NCBI RefSeq assembly: GCF_004010195.1
Contig: NC_057719.1
Coordinates: forward strand, 4,681,708-4,745,707
DNA from: Chiloscyllium plagiosum
Lineage: Eukaryota
Direction of reading: 5' to 3'
DNA length: 64,000 nt
Shown here: one piece after another, positions 37,831 through 50,900 of the stretch
Layout: each line of letters begins with the position of its first letter
How positions within the stretch are numbered: position 1 is the first letter of the stretch
Made by a program: the position numbers and the translations under genes
Notes under the pieces: generated by a model
Database searches by the model: none
The model's input: only the letters and a program-made list of their open reading frames with translations
Told to the model about the DNA's origin: nothing

Positions 37831-38112
37831 AAATTAAGACCATAAGACATAAAAGCAGAAGTAGGCCATTCACTCCATCAGGTCTGTCTGCTATGCAGTG
37901 AGAACATGGTGTCTCTGGCTCCTATAGCTGTGGAAAATGTGTACACATTCAGCTTCTGAAGGAGCATGTTTCAGCACTGAAGAAAGAACTAGATTACCTC
38001 GGGCTCATTCAAGAGAATGAGAATTTTCTGGACAGGACCTGCAGCGAGGTCATTACACCGAGCATACCAGAAGAGAGAAGGGAGATGACAATGAGGAAAG
38101 AAGAGATGATTC

Positions 38113-38777
38113 NNNNNNNNNNNNNNNNNNNNNNNNNNNNNNNNNNNNNNNNNNNNNNNNNNNNNNNNNNNNNNNNNNNNNNNNNNNNNNNNNNNNNNNN
38201 NNNNNNNNNNNNNNNNNNNNNNNNNNNNNNNNNNNNNNNNNNNNNNNNNNNNNNNNNNNNNNNNNNNNNNNNNNNNNNNNNNNNNNNNNNNNNNNNNNNN
38301 NNNNNNNNNNNNNNNNNNNNNNNNNNNNNNNNNNNNNNNNNNNNNNNNNNNNNNNNNNNNNNNNNNNNNNNNNNNNNNNNNNNNNNNNNNNNNNNNNNNN
38401 NNNNNNNNNNNNNNNNNNNNNNNNNNNNNNNNNNNNNNNNNNNNNNNNNNNNNNNNNNNNNNNNNNNNNNNNNNNNNNNNNNNNNNNNNNNNNNNNNNNN
38501 NNNNNNNNNNNNNNNNNNNNNNNNNNNNNNNNNNNNNNNNNNNNNNNNNNNNNNNNNNNNNNNNNNNNNNNNNNNNNNNNNNNNNNNNNNNNNNNNNNNN
38601 NNNNNNNNNNNNNNNNNNNNNNNNNNNNNNNNNNNNNNNNNNNNNNNNNNNNNNNNNNNNNNNNNNNNNNNNNNNNNNNNNNNNNNNNNNNNNNNNNNNN
38701 NNNNNNNNNNNNNNNNNNNNNNNNNNNNNNNNNNNNNNNNNNNNNNNNNNNNNNNNNNNNNNNNNNNNNNNNNNNNN
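38113..38777. other. Assembly gap (N run)
   Basis: Run of n. Confidence 1.
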
Positions 38778-39012
38778 TCCCGACCTCTCCGCCCCCACCC
38801 CCGTCTGACCTATCACCCTCACCTTGACCTCTTTCCACCTATCACATTTCCGACACCCCTCCCCCAAGTCCCTCCTCCCTACCTTTTATCTTAGCCTGCT
38901 GGACAAACTTTCCTCATTCCTGAAGAAGGGCTTATGCCCGAAACGTCGATTCTCCTGTTCCCTGGATGCTGCCTGACCTGCTGCGCTTTTCCAGCAACAC
39001 ATTTTCAGCTCT
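38778..39012 (+). mobile_element. Penelope-like element 3' terminus inserted in CR1 ORF1
   Basis: C-rich tract followed by a terminus matching the arm at 6511-6596. Confidence 0.75.
38920..38947 (+). ncRNA. Minimal hammerhead-ribozyme core of Penelope type
   Basis: CTGAAGA-aGGGC-TTAT-GCCC-GAAA-CGTC: CUGANGA and GAAA boxes, 4 bp stem II, palindromic ACGT stem III and GUC cleavage triplet. Stem I is weak. Confidence 0.6.
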
Positions 39013-41123
39013 TTTGGAAACTGTTGAGACAGATGACGCTGCCAGTCAGAGAGATGGACAGGTCTGCCAATCAAAAATTGGCGTGGAGGCAGAGCCAAGG
39101 AGTCAGACATCATGCAGAGCCGTGGTAATAGGGAACTCCATAGTGAGAGGGACTGAAAGCGATTTCTGTGGCAACAGGCGGGATTTGAGGATGGTGTGTT
39201 GCCTTCATGGTGCCAGAATCCAGGACCTCACCGACAAAGTGTAGGGAATCCTCAAGGGCGAAGGTGAAGAGCCAGAGGTGGTGGTGCATGTCGGCATAAA
39301 TGACGTCGGGAAGAAGAAGAGGGACATTCTGCAGCGGGACTTCAGATAACTCGGAAAAAGGCTGAAAAGCAGGACTTCCAGGGTGTTTATCTTCGGTTTG
39401 CTTCCAGTTCCTCGGGCTGGAGGGGGCAGGAACAGGGAGAGAATGGATTTGAAAATGTGGCTGAGTAACTGGTACAGGAAACAAGGATTTGAATTCTTGG
39501 ATCACTGGGGTATGTTTTGCGGAAAGGATACATTATACAAGAGGGATGGGTTGCACCTTAATAGGTGGGGGACCAGCATTCTGGCAGGCAGGTTTACCAC
39601 TGCAACACAGGTGTGTTTAAACTAAGTAGTGGGAGGGGAGGGGACAAACTGAAAATTCAAGAAGGAAGTTAAAGGGAAAGTGAGAATAAGACAAGTTAAG
39701 AAAGGCAACAGAATCAATGGAGCAGAAAACTCAGGAAGGTATCATACAGTATGGTCAAGTGAAATAGGGAGTGATAGGAAGGGTGAGGGGAGTAACAAAT
39801 TAAAAATATTATACATAAATGCACGAAGCATTAGAAATAAGGTGGATGAGCTTGAGGCTCATTTAGAAATTGGCAGTTACGATGTTGTGGGGATAACGGA
39901 GATGTGGCTTCAAGTGGGCACGGCCTGGGAAATGAATATTCAAGGCTATATGTGCTATTGTAAGGACAGACTGACTGGCAGAGGGGGTGGGGTGGCCCTG
40001 ATGATAAGGAATGATATTTAGTCCCTTGCACGGGGTGGAGGGGGGGACACCTAGAATCAGGGGATGTAGAGTCAGTATGGATAGAGCTGAGAAATTCTAA
40101 GGGTAGAAAGACCCTAATGGGAGTTATCTACAGGCCCCCAAACAGTAGCCTGGATGTAGTGTGTAAGTTGAATAGGGAGCTGAAATTGACCTGTCACAAA
40201 GATATTACTACAGTTGTTATGGGGGATTTCAACATGCAGGTAGACTTGGAGAATCAGGATGGTACTGGACCCCAAGAAAGGGAGTTTGTGGAGTGCCTCT
40301 GAGATGGATTCTGAGAACAGCTTGCGCTGGAGCCTAACAGGGAGAAAGCAATTCTGGATCTGGTGTTGTACAACGAACCAGATTTGATCAGGGACCTCGA
40401 AGTAAAGGAGCCATTAGGAAGTAGTGACCATAATACTATAAGCTTTAATCTGCAGTTTGAGAGGGAGAAGGTACAATCGGAAGTGACAATATTTCAGTTG
40501 AATAAAGGGAGCTATGGAGCTATGAGGGGGGAGCTGGCCAAAGTTCAATGGTGCAAGAGATGGAGATGGAGATGGAGATTACAGACACAGGGCCTGAACG
40601 CTCCCCACCCTGCCGCCGCTATCTCAATACAATTATTATTCATAATAAAACTTCACACTGTTGTCTTATATCAACTTTCTTGCTGCGGCTAGCAAAACTT
40701 TAGAATTTTAAAATTTTGTTCAAATATATTTATGTAGATTTTGTCGATGCACACTCATAGGTGTTTGTTTCAAGTGAACAAGGTAATTGTAAATCTTGCA
40801 CACTTGCAAGTATAAAATGTAATATTTCCTACTGACAGCCAATGACCAGAAACACTCTGAAAACAGTCCCCATCCTGTTTGTGTTGTCGCAAGATGTATA
40901 ACACACTGGAAAGATAGCTCCTTGTCTCTCTTTGTAGGTTGTGTCCTCTAATGGTTTCCTTTACCTAAGAGTGACTGCAGCTTGACTTTGGAAGATTTTT
41001 GCAAACTCTTACTAACAGTAATGTGCATTCTCTAGTATATAAAGCTGGAAATTTAAGAAGGAAGTTAAAGGGAAAGTGAGAATAAGACAAGTTAAGAAAG
41101 GCAACAGAATCAATGGAGCAGAA

Positions 41124-41237
41124 AGGATAGGTATATGGAGGATAGTGGGCTAGTATAGGTTAGGTGGGCTTGGATCGGCGCAACATCGAGGGCCAAAGGG
41201 CTTGTACTGCGCTGTATTCTTCTATGTTCTATGTTCT
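41124..41237 (+). mobile_element. Very short young CR1 3' end
   Basis: Reverse complement of the 3' ends at 29966 and 34218; (tgttcta)n tail; interrupts a sequence that is contiguous in the duplicate at about 39725. Confidence 0.85.
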
Positions 41238-43240
41238 AAAACTCAGGAAGGTATCATACAGTATGGTCAAGTGAAATAGGGAGTGATAGGAAGGGTGAGG
41301 GGAGTAACAAATTAAAAATATTATACATAAATGCACGAAGCATAAGAAAAACAGTGGATGAGCTTGAGGCTCAGTTGGAAATTGACAGGTACAATGTTGT
41401 GGGGTTAACTGCGACGTGGCTTCAAGTGGGCATGGCCTGGGAAATGAATATTCAAGGCTATACGTGCTATTCAAAGGGCAGACTGACTGACGGAGGGGGT
41501 GGGGTGGTCTTGGTGGTGAGGAATGATATTCAGTCCCTTGCGAGGAGAGAACATAGAATCACGAGATGTATAGTCAGTATGGATATAGCTGAGAAATTCT
41601 AAGGGTAGAACAGGCCTCCAAACAGTAGGCTGGATGTAAGATATAAGTTGAATAAAGAGTTGAAAGTGGCCTGTCACAAAGGTATTACTACAGTTGTTAT
41701 GGGAGGTTTCAACATGCAGGTAGACTGGGAGAATCTACTGGGAGAATCTACCTTGGACCCCAAGAAAGGGAGTTTGTGGAATGCCTCCGAGATGGATTCT
41801 TAGAACAGCTTGTACTGGAACCTACCAGGGAGAAGGCAATTCTGGATCTGATGTTGTGCAATGAACTGGATTTGATCAGGGACCTCTAAGTAAAGAAGCC
41901 ATTAGGAGGGAGTGGCCATAATATGAGAAGTTTTAATCTGCACTTTGAGAGGGAGAAGGGAGAATCTGAAGTGTCAGTATTGCAGTTGAACAAAAGGAAC
42001 TATGGAGCGATGAGGGAGGAGCTGGCAAATGTTCAGTGGTTCAATACCCTAGCAGGGATGGCACTAGCACAACAATGGGAGGTATTTCTGGATTATAATG
42101 CAGAAGGTGCAGGATCAGTTCATTCTAAAGAGGAAGAAAGATCCTAAGGGGAGACAGGGTGGCCATGGCTGAGAGGGAAGTTAAGGACTATATAAAGATA
42201 AAAGAGAAGTGCAACATAGCAAAGATGAGCGGGAAGCCGGAGGACTGGGAAACTTTTAAAGAGCAACAGAGGATAACTACAAAGGCAGTACGCGGAAAAA
42301 TAATGAGATATGAAGGCAAACTGGGCAGAAATATAAACGAGGATAGTAAAAACATTTTTTAGGTATGTGAAAAGAAAAAAAATGGTTAAGACTAAAATTG
42401 GGCCCTTGAAGACAGAACCGGGTGAATTTATTACGGGGAATAAGAAAATGGCAGAAGAGTTGAATAGGCACTTTGCTTGTGACTTCTCCAGTGAAGACAG
42501 ATCCAATCTCCCAGTGGCTGAAGGACCTAAGATAATGGAAGAACCGAAGGGAATTTATATTAGGCAGGAAATGGTGTTGGATAGACTATTAGGTCTGAAG
42601 GTTAATAAATCGCCGGGACCTGATGATCTGCATCCCAGGATACTTAAGGAGGTGGCTCTAGAAATCGTGGACGCATTGGTAATCATTTTCCAATGTTCCT
42701 TAGATTCAGGATCAGTTCCTGCGGATTGGCGGGTGGCTAATGTTGTCCCACTTTTCAAGAAAGGGCGGAGAGAGAAAACAGGGAATTATAGTCCAGTTAG
42801 CCTGACGCCAATTGTGGGAAAGATGACGGAGTCAATTATAAAAGATGAAATTATGACTCACTCGGATAGCAGTAACAGGATAGGTCAGAGTCCGCGTGGA
42901 TTTACGATGGGGAAATTGTGCTTGACTAATCTTCTGGAATGTTTTGAGGATGTAACTATGAAAATGGACAAGGGAGAACCAGTGGATGTAGTGTACCTGG
43001 ACTTTCAGAAAGCCTTTGATAAAATCACACATAGGAGATTCGTGAGCAAAATTGGGGCACATGGTATTGGGGGCAAAATACTACTTGAATTGAAAATTGG
43101 CTGGCTGACAGGAAGCAAAGAGTAGTGATAAATGAGTCCTTTTCTGAATGGCAGGTGGGGTACTACAAGGTTTGGTGCTGGGACTGCAGCTGTTTGCAAT
43201 ATACATTATTGATATAGATGAATATATAAAAGTAATTTTT

Positions 43241-43551
43241 TTGATTAGATTACTTACAGTGTGGAAACAGGCCCTTCGGCCCAACAAGTCCACACCACCC
43301 CGCCAAAGCGCATCCCACCCATACTCCTACATTTACCCCTTACCTAACACTACGGGCAATTTAGCATGGCCAATTCACCTGGCCTGCACATCTTTGGATT
43401 GTGGGAGGAAACCGGAGCACCCGGAGGAAACCCACGCAGACACGGGGAGAATGTGCAAACTCCACACAGTCAGTCGCCTGAGGCGGGAATTGAACCCGGG
43501 TCTCTGGCGCTGTGAGGCAGCAGTGCTAACCACTGTGCCACCGTGCCGCCC
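43241..43551 (-). mobile_element. Full-length HE1-like SINE
   Basis: Minus strand gggcggcacggtggcacagtggttagcac (A box), gggttcaattccc (B box), central domain, CR1-like tail gtaagtaatctaatc followed by an A run; CpGs retained. Confidence 0.9.
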
Positions 43552-44239
43552 AAATATTGGCAATTTGCTGGTGAGACAAAGCTGGGTGGCAGGGTGAATT
43601 GCGAGGAGAATGTTATGAGAATACAGGTGACTTGGACAGGCTAGGTGAATGGACGGATGCATGGCCGATGCAGTTTAATGTGGATAAATGTGTGGTTATC
43701 CACTTTGGTGGCAAGAACAGGAAGGCAGATTACCATCTAACTGGAGTCAAGTTAGATAAAGGGGAAGTACAACGAGATCTAGGTGTTCTTGTACATCAGA
43801 CAATGAAAGCAAGCATGTAGGTACATCAGGTAGTGAAGAGAGCTTAATGGCATGCTGGCCTTCATACCAAGAGAAGTTGAGTATAGGAGCAAAGAGGGCC
43901 TTCTGCAGTTGTACAGGGTCCTGGTGAGACAGCACCTGGAATATCGTGTGCAGTTTTGGTCTCCAACTTTGACGAAGAACATTCTGGCTATTGAGGGAGT
44001 GCAGTGTAGGTTCACGAGGTCAATTCCCAGAATGGCGGGACTATCATATGTCGAAAGATTGGAGCGACTGGGCTTCAATTCACTTGAATTTAAAAGGAAG
44101 AGAGGGGATCTGATTGAGACGTGTAAGATTAAAGGATTGGACACTCTGGAGGCAGGTGTTTCAGCTGATGGGTGAGTCCAGAATGAGAGGACACAGTTTT
44201 AAAAATAAGGTGTAGACCATTTAGAACAGAGTTGAGGAG

Positions 44240-45207
44240 AAGCCTTTGATAAGGTTCCACATGGTAGGCTGTTGGAGAAAATGCAGAAGCATGGGATTGA
44301 GGGTGATTTAGCAGTTTGGATTAGAAACTGGCGTTCTGAAAGAAAGCAGTGAGAGGTGGTTGATGGAAAGTATTCAGCCTGGAGTCCTGTTACTAGTGGT
44401 GTGACACAAGGATCTGTTTTGGGACCACTGCTGTCATTTGCTGTTTGTCACTTTGGGAAGAATAACAGGAAGGCAGAATACTGGGTCAATGGAAAGATTC
44501 TTGATAGTGTGGATGTACAGAGGGATCTTGAAGTCCATAGACATAGATCCCTGAAAGTTACCACCCAGGTTGATCGTGCTGTTAAGAAGGCATACGGTAT
44601 GTTAGGTTTCATTGTTAGAGGGATTGAGTTCCAGAGACGCAATGTTATGCTGCAAATATACAAAACGCTAGTGCGGCCACACTTGGAATATTGTGTACAG
44701 TTCTGGTCGCCATATTTAGGGAAGGATGTGGAAGCATTGGAAAAGGTGCAGAGGAGATTTACCAGGATGTTGCCTGGTCTGGAGGGAAGGTTTTATGAGG
44801 AAAGGCTGAGAGACTTTGGTCTGTTCTTATTGGAATGAAGAAGGCTAAGAGTGGATTTGGTAGATACATACAAGATGATCAGAGAATTAGTTAGAGTGGA
44901 CAGTGAGAGTCTTTATCCTAAGATGCTGACATCAGTTTGTACGAGGGGGCATAACTACAAATTGAGGGGTGATAGATTTAAGGCAGATGTCAGAGGTAGG
45001 TTCTTTATGCAGAGTGTGGTAAGGGCATGGAATGCCCTACCTGCCAATGTAGTTTACTCACCCACATTAAGGAGATTTAAACAATCCTTGGATAAGCACA
45101 TGGATGATGATGAGATAGTGTAGGGGGATGAGCTTAGAATAATTCACAGGTCGGCGCAACATTGAGGGCCAAAGGGCCTGTTCTGCGCTGTATTGTTCTA
45201 TGTTCTA
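44240..45207 (+). mobile_element. Internally deleted CR1 3' fragment inserted into the 3' end of the host CR1
   Basis: [12 protein letters not shown] joined directly to AVCHFGK; host sequence resumes at aaacgtcttcacccagagag. Confidence 0.85.
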
Positions 45208-46369
45208 AACGTCTTCACCCAGAGAGTAGTGGATATATGGAATGCTCTGCCCGAGAAGGCAGTGGAGGCCAAGTCTCTGAATACTTTCAAGAAAGAGATG
45301 GATAGAGCTCTTTGTGCAATCAAGGGTTATGGGGATAAGGCAGGAACAGGATACTGATTGTGGATGATCAGCCATGATCATAATAAATGGTGGTCCTGGC
45401 TCGAAGGGCCGAATGGCCTACTCTTGCACCTATTGTCGATTATAACATGGCTAATCTGATCATCCTCAATTCCACTTTTCTGCCTTTATCCCCAAAACCA
45501 TTAATTCCCCTAATGATAAAAATCTCAGTCAACCTTGAAAATACTGAATGGCCTATCCCTTAAAGCCATCTGGTAAAGAATCCCACAAATGTACAGCCCT
45601 TAGAGGAAATTCCTTCTCCACTCTCTCTTAAATGTGCAACTGCTTATTCTGAGAATCAGTCCTCTGTTCCTAAGCTCTTCCACAAGGGGAAACAATCTTT
45701 CTGCAAATGTCCTATGAATTTTGTATGTTTCAATTAGATAGTCTCTTGTTTTATATTCCACAAGCACATGCCCAATCTATTTAACCTCTGCTTATTAAAC
45801 AGTCCCTCCATATCTAGTATCAGCCTTCAGTGAGCCTCCTCTGGAAGGCCTAAAATGCCAGTCTCTCTTCTATTTGATCAGGGGCCCATAATTGTTCACA
45901 GCATTCCAACTGTGGTCTGACCAGTGCCTTGTATGGTTTTGGCAAAGCTCACCTACTTTTATGCTTCATTCCCTTTGAAACAAAGGCCAACATTCCATTT
46001 GCCTTCCATATTTCTCGCTGAACTTGGGTGCTAGCGTTTTGTGATTCTGTGAATCTTTACTCCAGCGGGTCATTGATGCTCAGTCTTTAAGTGTCCTCAG
46101 GATGAATAGGTATAAAAGTATAAGAATGTCTCTTCTGTCAAGTCACTTTCTGAAACTTGCCTGTTTGATCAGGATTCTGGCGAAGTGCCTTAAAAGCTCT
46201 CGATGGTTTGTGTCACATTTTGTCTGAAAAAGGTCCAGTGCAGTGCCTTAGAATGTTTTAAAAGCACGATATAAACCCTACTGTTGGATCTAAAGTTCAT
46301 TTGTTGCAAATCTTTGGATGAAAAAACTTGACCATTGTGCACTCCTATACACTATAGGAAGAAACTGGC

Positions 46370-47760
46370 TTTTTTATTCACACTTGAGTTGTGGGCATAA
46401 CTGCCAGTCCAAAATTTCTTGCTCATCCTTCGTTGTGCTTGGAGGTGACGGTGAGCTGCTTTCTTGAGCTGCTACAGTTCATGTGCTATAGGTAGACCCA
46501 CAATGCCAATAGGGAGGGAATTCCAACAATTTTGACCCAATAACACTGAAGCAATGTCAATATATTTCTAAGTCTGGAAGGTAAGTGACATGGGAGAGAA
46601 CATAGTGCAGTTCCCAAGTCTGTGCTCCCCCTGCCCTTCCAGATGGAGGTGGTTGTGGATTAGTAAGTTGTGCTCTAAGGATAATTGTGAATTTAGGTCC
46701 ATCCTGTAGATGGTACATATTGTCGCTATTGAATGTTCAGGTTGAAGGTGTTTGTAGATGTGGTGCCAATAAAGCCAGCTGCTCTTGAATGGTGTCATGC
46801 TTTTACAGTGTTGTTAGAACTGCACTCATCCAAGCAAGTGAGAAGTAATCCATCACACTTCTAACTTGTGCCTTTTAGATAGTGGACAGGCTTCGGAGAG
46901 TAAGGAGGTGAGTTAATGATGTGAATAATGTTTATTGTCATTGAATGAGGAGGAGTGATGGTTAGATTGCTTTTGTTGAAAATGGTTATTGCCTAGCTTT
47001 TGTGTCGTTCAAATGTTACTTGCCACTTGTCAACCCAAACTTGGATATAGTCTGTTCTACCATCTGAGGAGTCCCATATGATGCTGAATGTTGTGAAATC
47101 AGCAGCAAACATCCCCATTTTTGACCTTATGTTGGAGGGAAAGTCATTGATGAATCAACAAAGGTGTGCATTGACACTAAACTGGTTGGTATAAAAATAA
47201 TTACTCCAAGGAGTTCCTGCAGAGATGACCTGGAGCTGCAATGATCAATAAAAACAACTCTCTTCCTTTGTGCAAGGTATGACTCCAACCTGCAGCAAGT
47301 CTTTCCTCCAATTCCCATGAACTTCAGGCTTCTTGATGCCATACTCAGTCAAAATGCAGCCGTGATGTCGAGGGCAGTCACTCACCTTACCTCTTGAATT
47401 CAGTTCTCCTGTCCATGTTTGAACCAAGGCTGTAAGATCATGAGCTGAGTGATCTAGCAGAACCTAAATTGAGTCATCGCTGAGCAGGTGCTGATTTATA
47501 GCACTGCTGATTACACCTTCCAAGATGATTGAGAATAAACTGCTGGGACAGTAATTTGTTGGGTTAGATTTGTCATTTGTCTTTGTTTATCATTGTCAGG
47601 TAGATGCCAGTACTGGAACATCTTGGCTTTGAGTATGGAAAGTTCAGGGGCACAAGTCTTCAGTAATATTACCAGGGTGTTTTCAGGGCCAGTAGCCTTT
47701 GTGTTATCTAATGCCTCCAAAGACTACTTATTCATGGAGTGAATTGAATTGGCTGAAGAC
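46370..47760 (-). mobile_element. L2/Crack-like LINE fragment
   Basis: IATICTIYRM, LESYLAQRK, KATGPEN..LKTCAPELS; homologous to 29520-33600. Confidence 0.65.
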
Positions 47761-47959
47761 TCCCCTCTGCTTGATGTTATCTCAGAGGATAGTGATTGAA
47801 ATTAGGAGATTCCAGACCATCAGCCACTCAGACATCAGGTGAAACTTCGAACCTAATGTTTATTTGTGAACATCGCACAGATAACAAATAACAGTGATCA
47901 ATCTACAGACATTGGATGTAAAATCTGCACTTAAAGTTAGGTTTGAATAGAGACTTAAA

Positions 47960-50900
47960 CTCTAGTGCAATTGGAGTGGGAGGGAGAACTTCCAGTTGTT
48001 GTGGTCCACGTTGGCACTAACAATATAGGCAAGGTTAAGGAGGAGGATCTGTTTGGGGATTATCAAGGCACGAGGAAGGAAATTGAAGAATAGGTCCTCG
48101 AGGGTCATAATCTCTGGATTACTGCCCGAGCCAATGCTAATTGGCATAGGGAGAAGAAAATTAGTGAAGTAAACACATAGCTAAGAGATTGGTGTGGGAA
48201 AGAGGGATTCGATTTTATGGAAGGGGTGGGGTGGATCTGGACCGATGGTTCAGATGGAGACCATCCCAATCTGGAACCAGTGTTCTAGCGAAGAGGATAC
48301 ATAGGGTGGTCACCAGGACTTTAAACTTGAATTGGGAGGAAGGGAAAAGGAAAGCGGCAGGGAATATGGAGTCAAGTAGAAAGATAAGCAGCAGGTTAGC
48401 AAGTGTGCAGGGTATAAGTTCAAGGCAGACTAGGAATAAAGCAAGAAAGAAGGATAACTTAGGACATATTAAGAGAGATATTGGAAATCATGAGGATAAG
48501 AAAATTAGCATTAAGATGCTTTATCTGAATGCTCGTAGTCTTCGTAACAAAGTAGATGAATTAATGGCACAAATCATTGTGAATGATTATGATGTGGTAG
48601 GCATCACAGAGACATGGTTGCAGGGGGTTCAGGACTGGCATTTGAACATCCAAGAATTTACAACTTATCAAAAAGATGGAGGTGGGCAGAGAGGGGGCAG
48701 GGGTTGCCTTGTTAGTTAAGAATGAAATTAAATCTATGGCATTGAATGACATAGGGTCAGATAATGTGGGGTCTGTGTGGGTGGAGTTCAAGAACCACAA
48801 AGGCAAAAAAACCATAATGGGAGTTTTGTACAGATCCTCAAACTGTGGTCAGGACCAGGGGCACAAAATGTACCAGGAAATAGATAGGGCAAGTCAGAAA
48901 GGCAAGGTCTTTCAGTGATCGTGTGGGACTTGAATATACAGGTAGACTGGGTGAATAATGTTGTCGATGAATCCAAAAAAAGGGAATTCATGGAATGCTT
49001 ACAGGATGCCTTTTTGGAACAGCTTGTGATGAAGCCCACAAGGGAGCAGGCTATTCTGGACTTAGTGCTATGTAATGAGCCAGACTTTATAAAAGATCTT
49101 AAAGTAAGGGAACACTTAGGAAGCAGTGATTATAATATGGTAGAGTTCACTCTGCAGTTTGAAAGAGAGAAGGCAAAATTGCATGTAATGGTGTTACAGT
49201 TAAATAAAAGTAATTACAGGGGCATGAGAGAGGAACTGGTGAAAATCGACTGGAAGCAGAGCCTAGCAGAGAAGACTGTAGAGCAACAATGGCAGGAGTT
49301 TCTGGGTGTAATTGAGGACACAGTACAAAGGTTCATCCCAAAGAAAAAAAAGATTATCCGGAGGGGCATTAGACAGCCATGGCTGACAAAGAAAGTCAGG
49401 AAATGTATCAAAGGAAAAGAGAGAGCCGATAAAGTGGCCAAGAGCACTGGGAATCAGAAGATTGGGAAGACTACAAAAACAAACAGAGGATAAGAAAGGA
49501 GAGGATCAAGTATGAAGGTAAAAACAATGACTGCAGATGCTGGAAACCAGATTTTGGATTAGTGGTGCTGGAAGAGCACAGCAGTTCAGGCAGCATCCGA
49601 GGAGCAGTAAAATCGACGTTTCGGGCAAAAGCAGATGAAGGGCTTTTGCCCGAATCGTCGATTTTACTGCTCCTCGGATGCTGCCTGAACTGCTGTGCTC
49701 TTCCAGCACCACTAATCCAAAATCAAGTATGAAGGTAGGCTGGCCAGTAATATTAGAAATGATAGTAAAAGTTTATTTCAATACATAAGAAAGAAACAGG
49801 CAAAAGTAGACTTTGGACCGCTCCAAATTGATGCAGGAAGGCTAGTGCCGGGAGATAAGGAAAAAGCTGAAGAACTTAAGTACTGTACTTTGCATGAGTC
49901 TTCTCTATGTAAGACATGAGTAATATCCCACCAATTTAAGGAGAGTCGGGGGCAAAGTTGAGTATGGTAGCCATTACAAAAGAGAGAGAGCTGGAAAAGC
50001 TAAAAGGTCTAAAAATTGATAAATACCCTGTCACCACGGGCTACATCCTAGAGTTCTGAGGGAGGTGGCTGAGGAAATAGTAAAGGCTTTGGTTGTGATC
50101 TTTCAAAAGCCACTGGAGTCGGGGAAAGTCTCAGATGATTGGAAAATCACTGTTGTAATCTCCTTGTGCAAAAAAAGGATCAAGACAAGATGGAAAATTA
50201 TAGAGTGATTAGCCTAACCTCAGTTATTGGTAAAATTCTAGAATCCATCGTTAAGGATGAAATTTCTAAATTCTTGGAAGTGTAAGGTTGGATTCGAACA
50301 AGTCAGCATGGATTTAGTAAAAGGAGATCGTGCCTGACAAACCTGTTAGAATTCTTTGAAGAGGTAACAAGTAGGTTAGACCAGGGAAACCCATTGGGTG
50401 TTATCTATCTTGACTTCCAAAAGGCCTTTGATAAGGTGCCTCACGGGAGCCTGCTGAGTAAGGTGTGGGCCCTTGGTATATAAGGTGAGCTACTGGCATA
50501 GATTGAAGATTGGCTCTCTGACAGAAGGCAAAGAGTTGGATAAAAGGTTCTTTTTCAGAATGGCAGCCGGTGATAAGTGGTGTCCCGCAGAGTTCAGTGT
50601 TGGGGCCGCAGCTGTTCACTTTATATATTAATGATCTGGATAAGGGACTGGGGGCATTCTGGTGAAGTTTGCCAATGATACAAAGTTCGGTGGACAGGCA
50701 GGTAGTACTGAGGAGGTGGGGAGGCTGCACAAAGATGTAGACAGTTTAGGAGAGTGTTCCAGGAAATAACTGCTGAAATTCAACGTGAACAAATGCAAGG
50801 TCTTGCACTTTAGCAAAAAAGAATACAGGCACGGTCTAATTTCTAAACGGTGAGAAAATTCATAAAACCAAAGTACAAAGTGATCTGGGAGTGCTCGTCC

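Larger units (their letters stand above)
37905..45440 (+). mobile_element. Composite near full-length CR1 (ORF1 zinc-finger/esterase, duplicated APE segment, RT, 3' end) with nested elements
   Basis: SYSCGKCVHIQLL (ORF1); VIGNSIVRG, DGLHLN; YINARSI, GITEMW, VMGDFN, SDHN; RT ORF 42367-43125 with VDVVYLDFQKAFDK; 3' end at about 45208-45440. Confidence 0.85.

Noticed and set aside
43470..43551. tRNA gene (A and B boxes)
   Set aside because: It is the tRNA-derived head of an HE1 SINE; no cloverleaf, and it continues into the SINE body.
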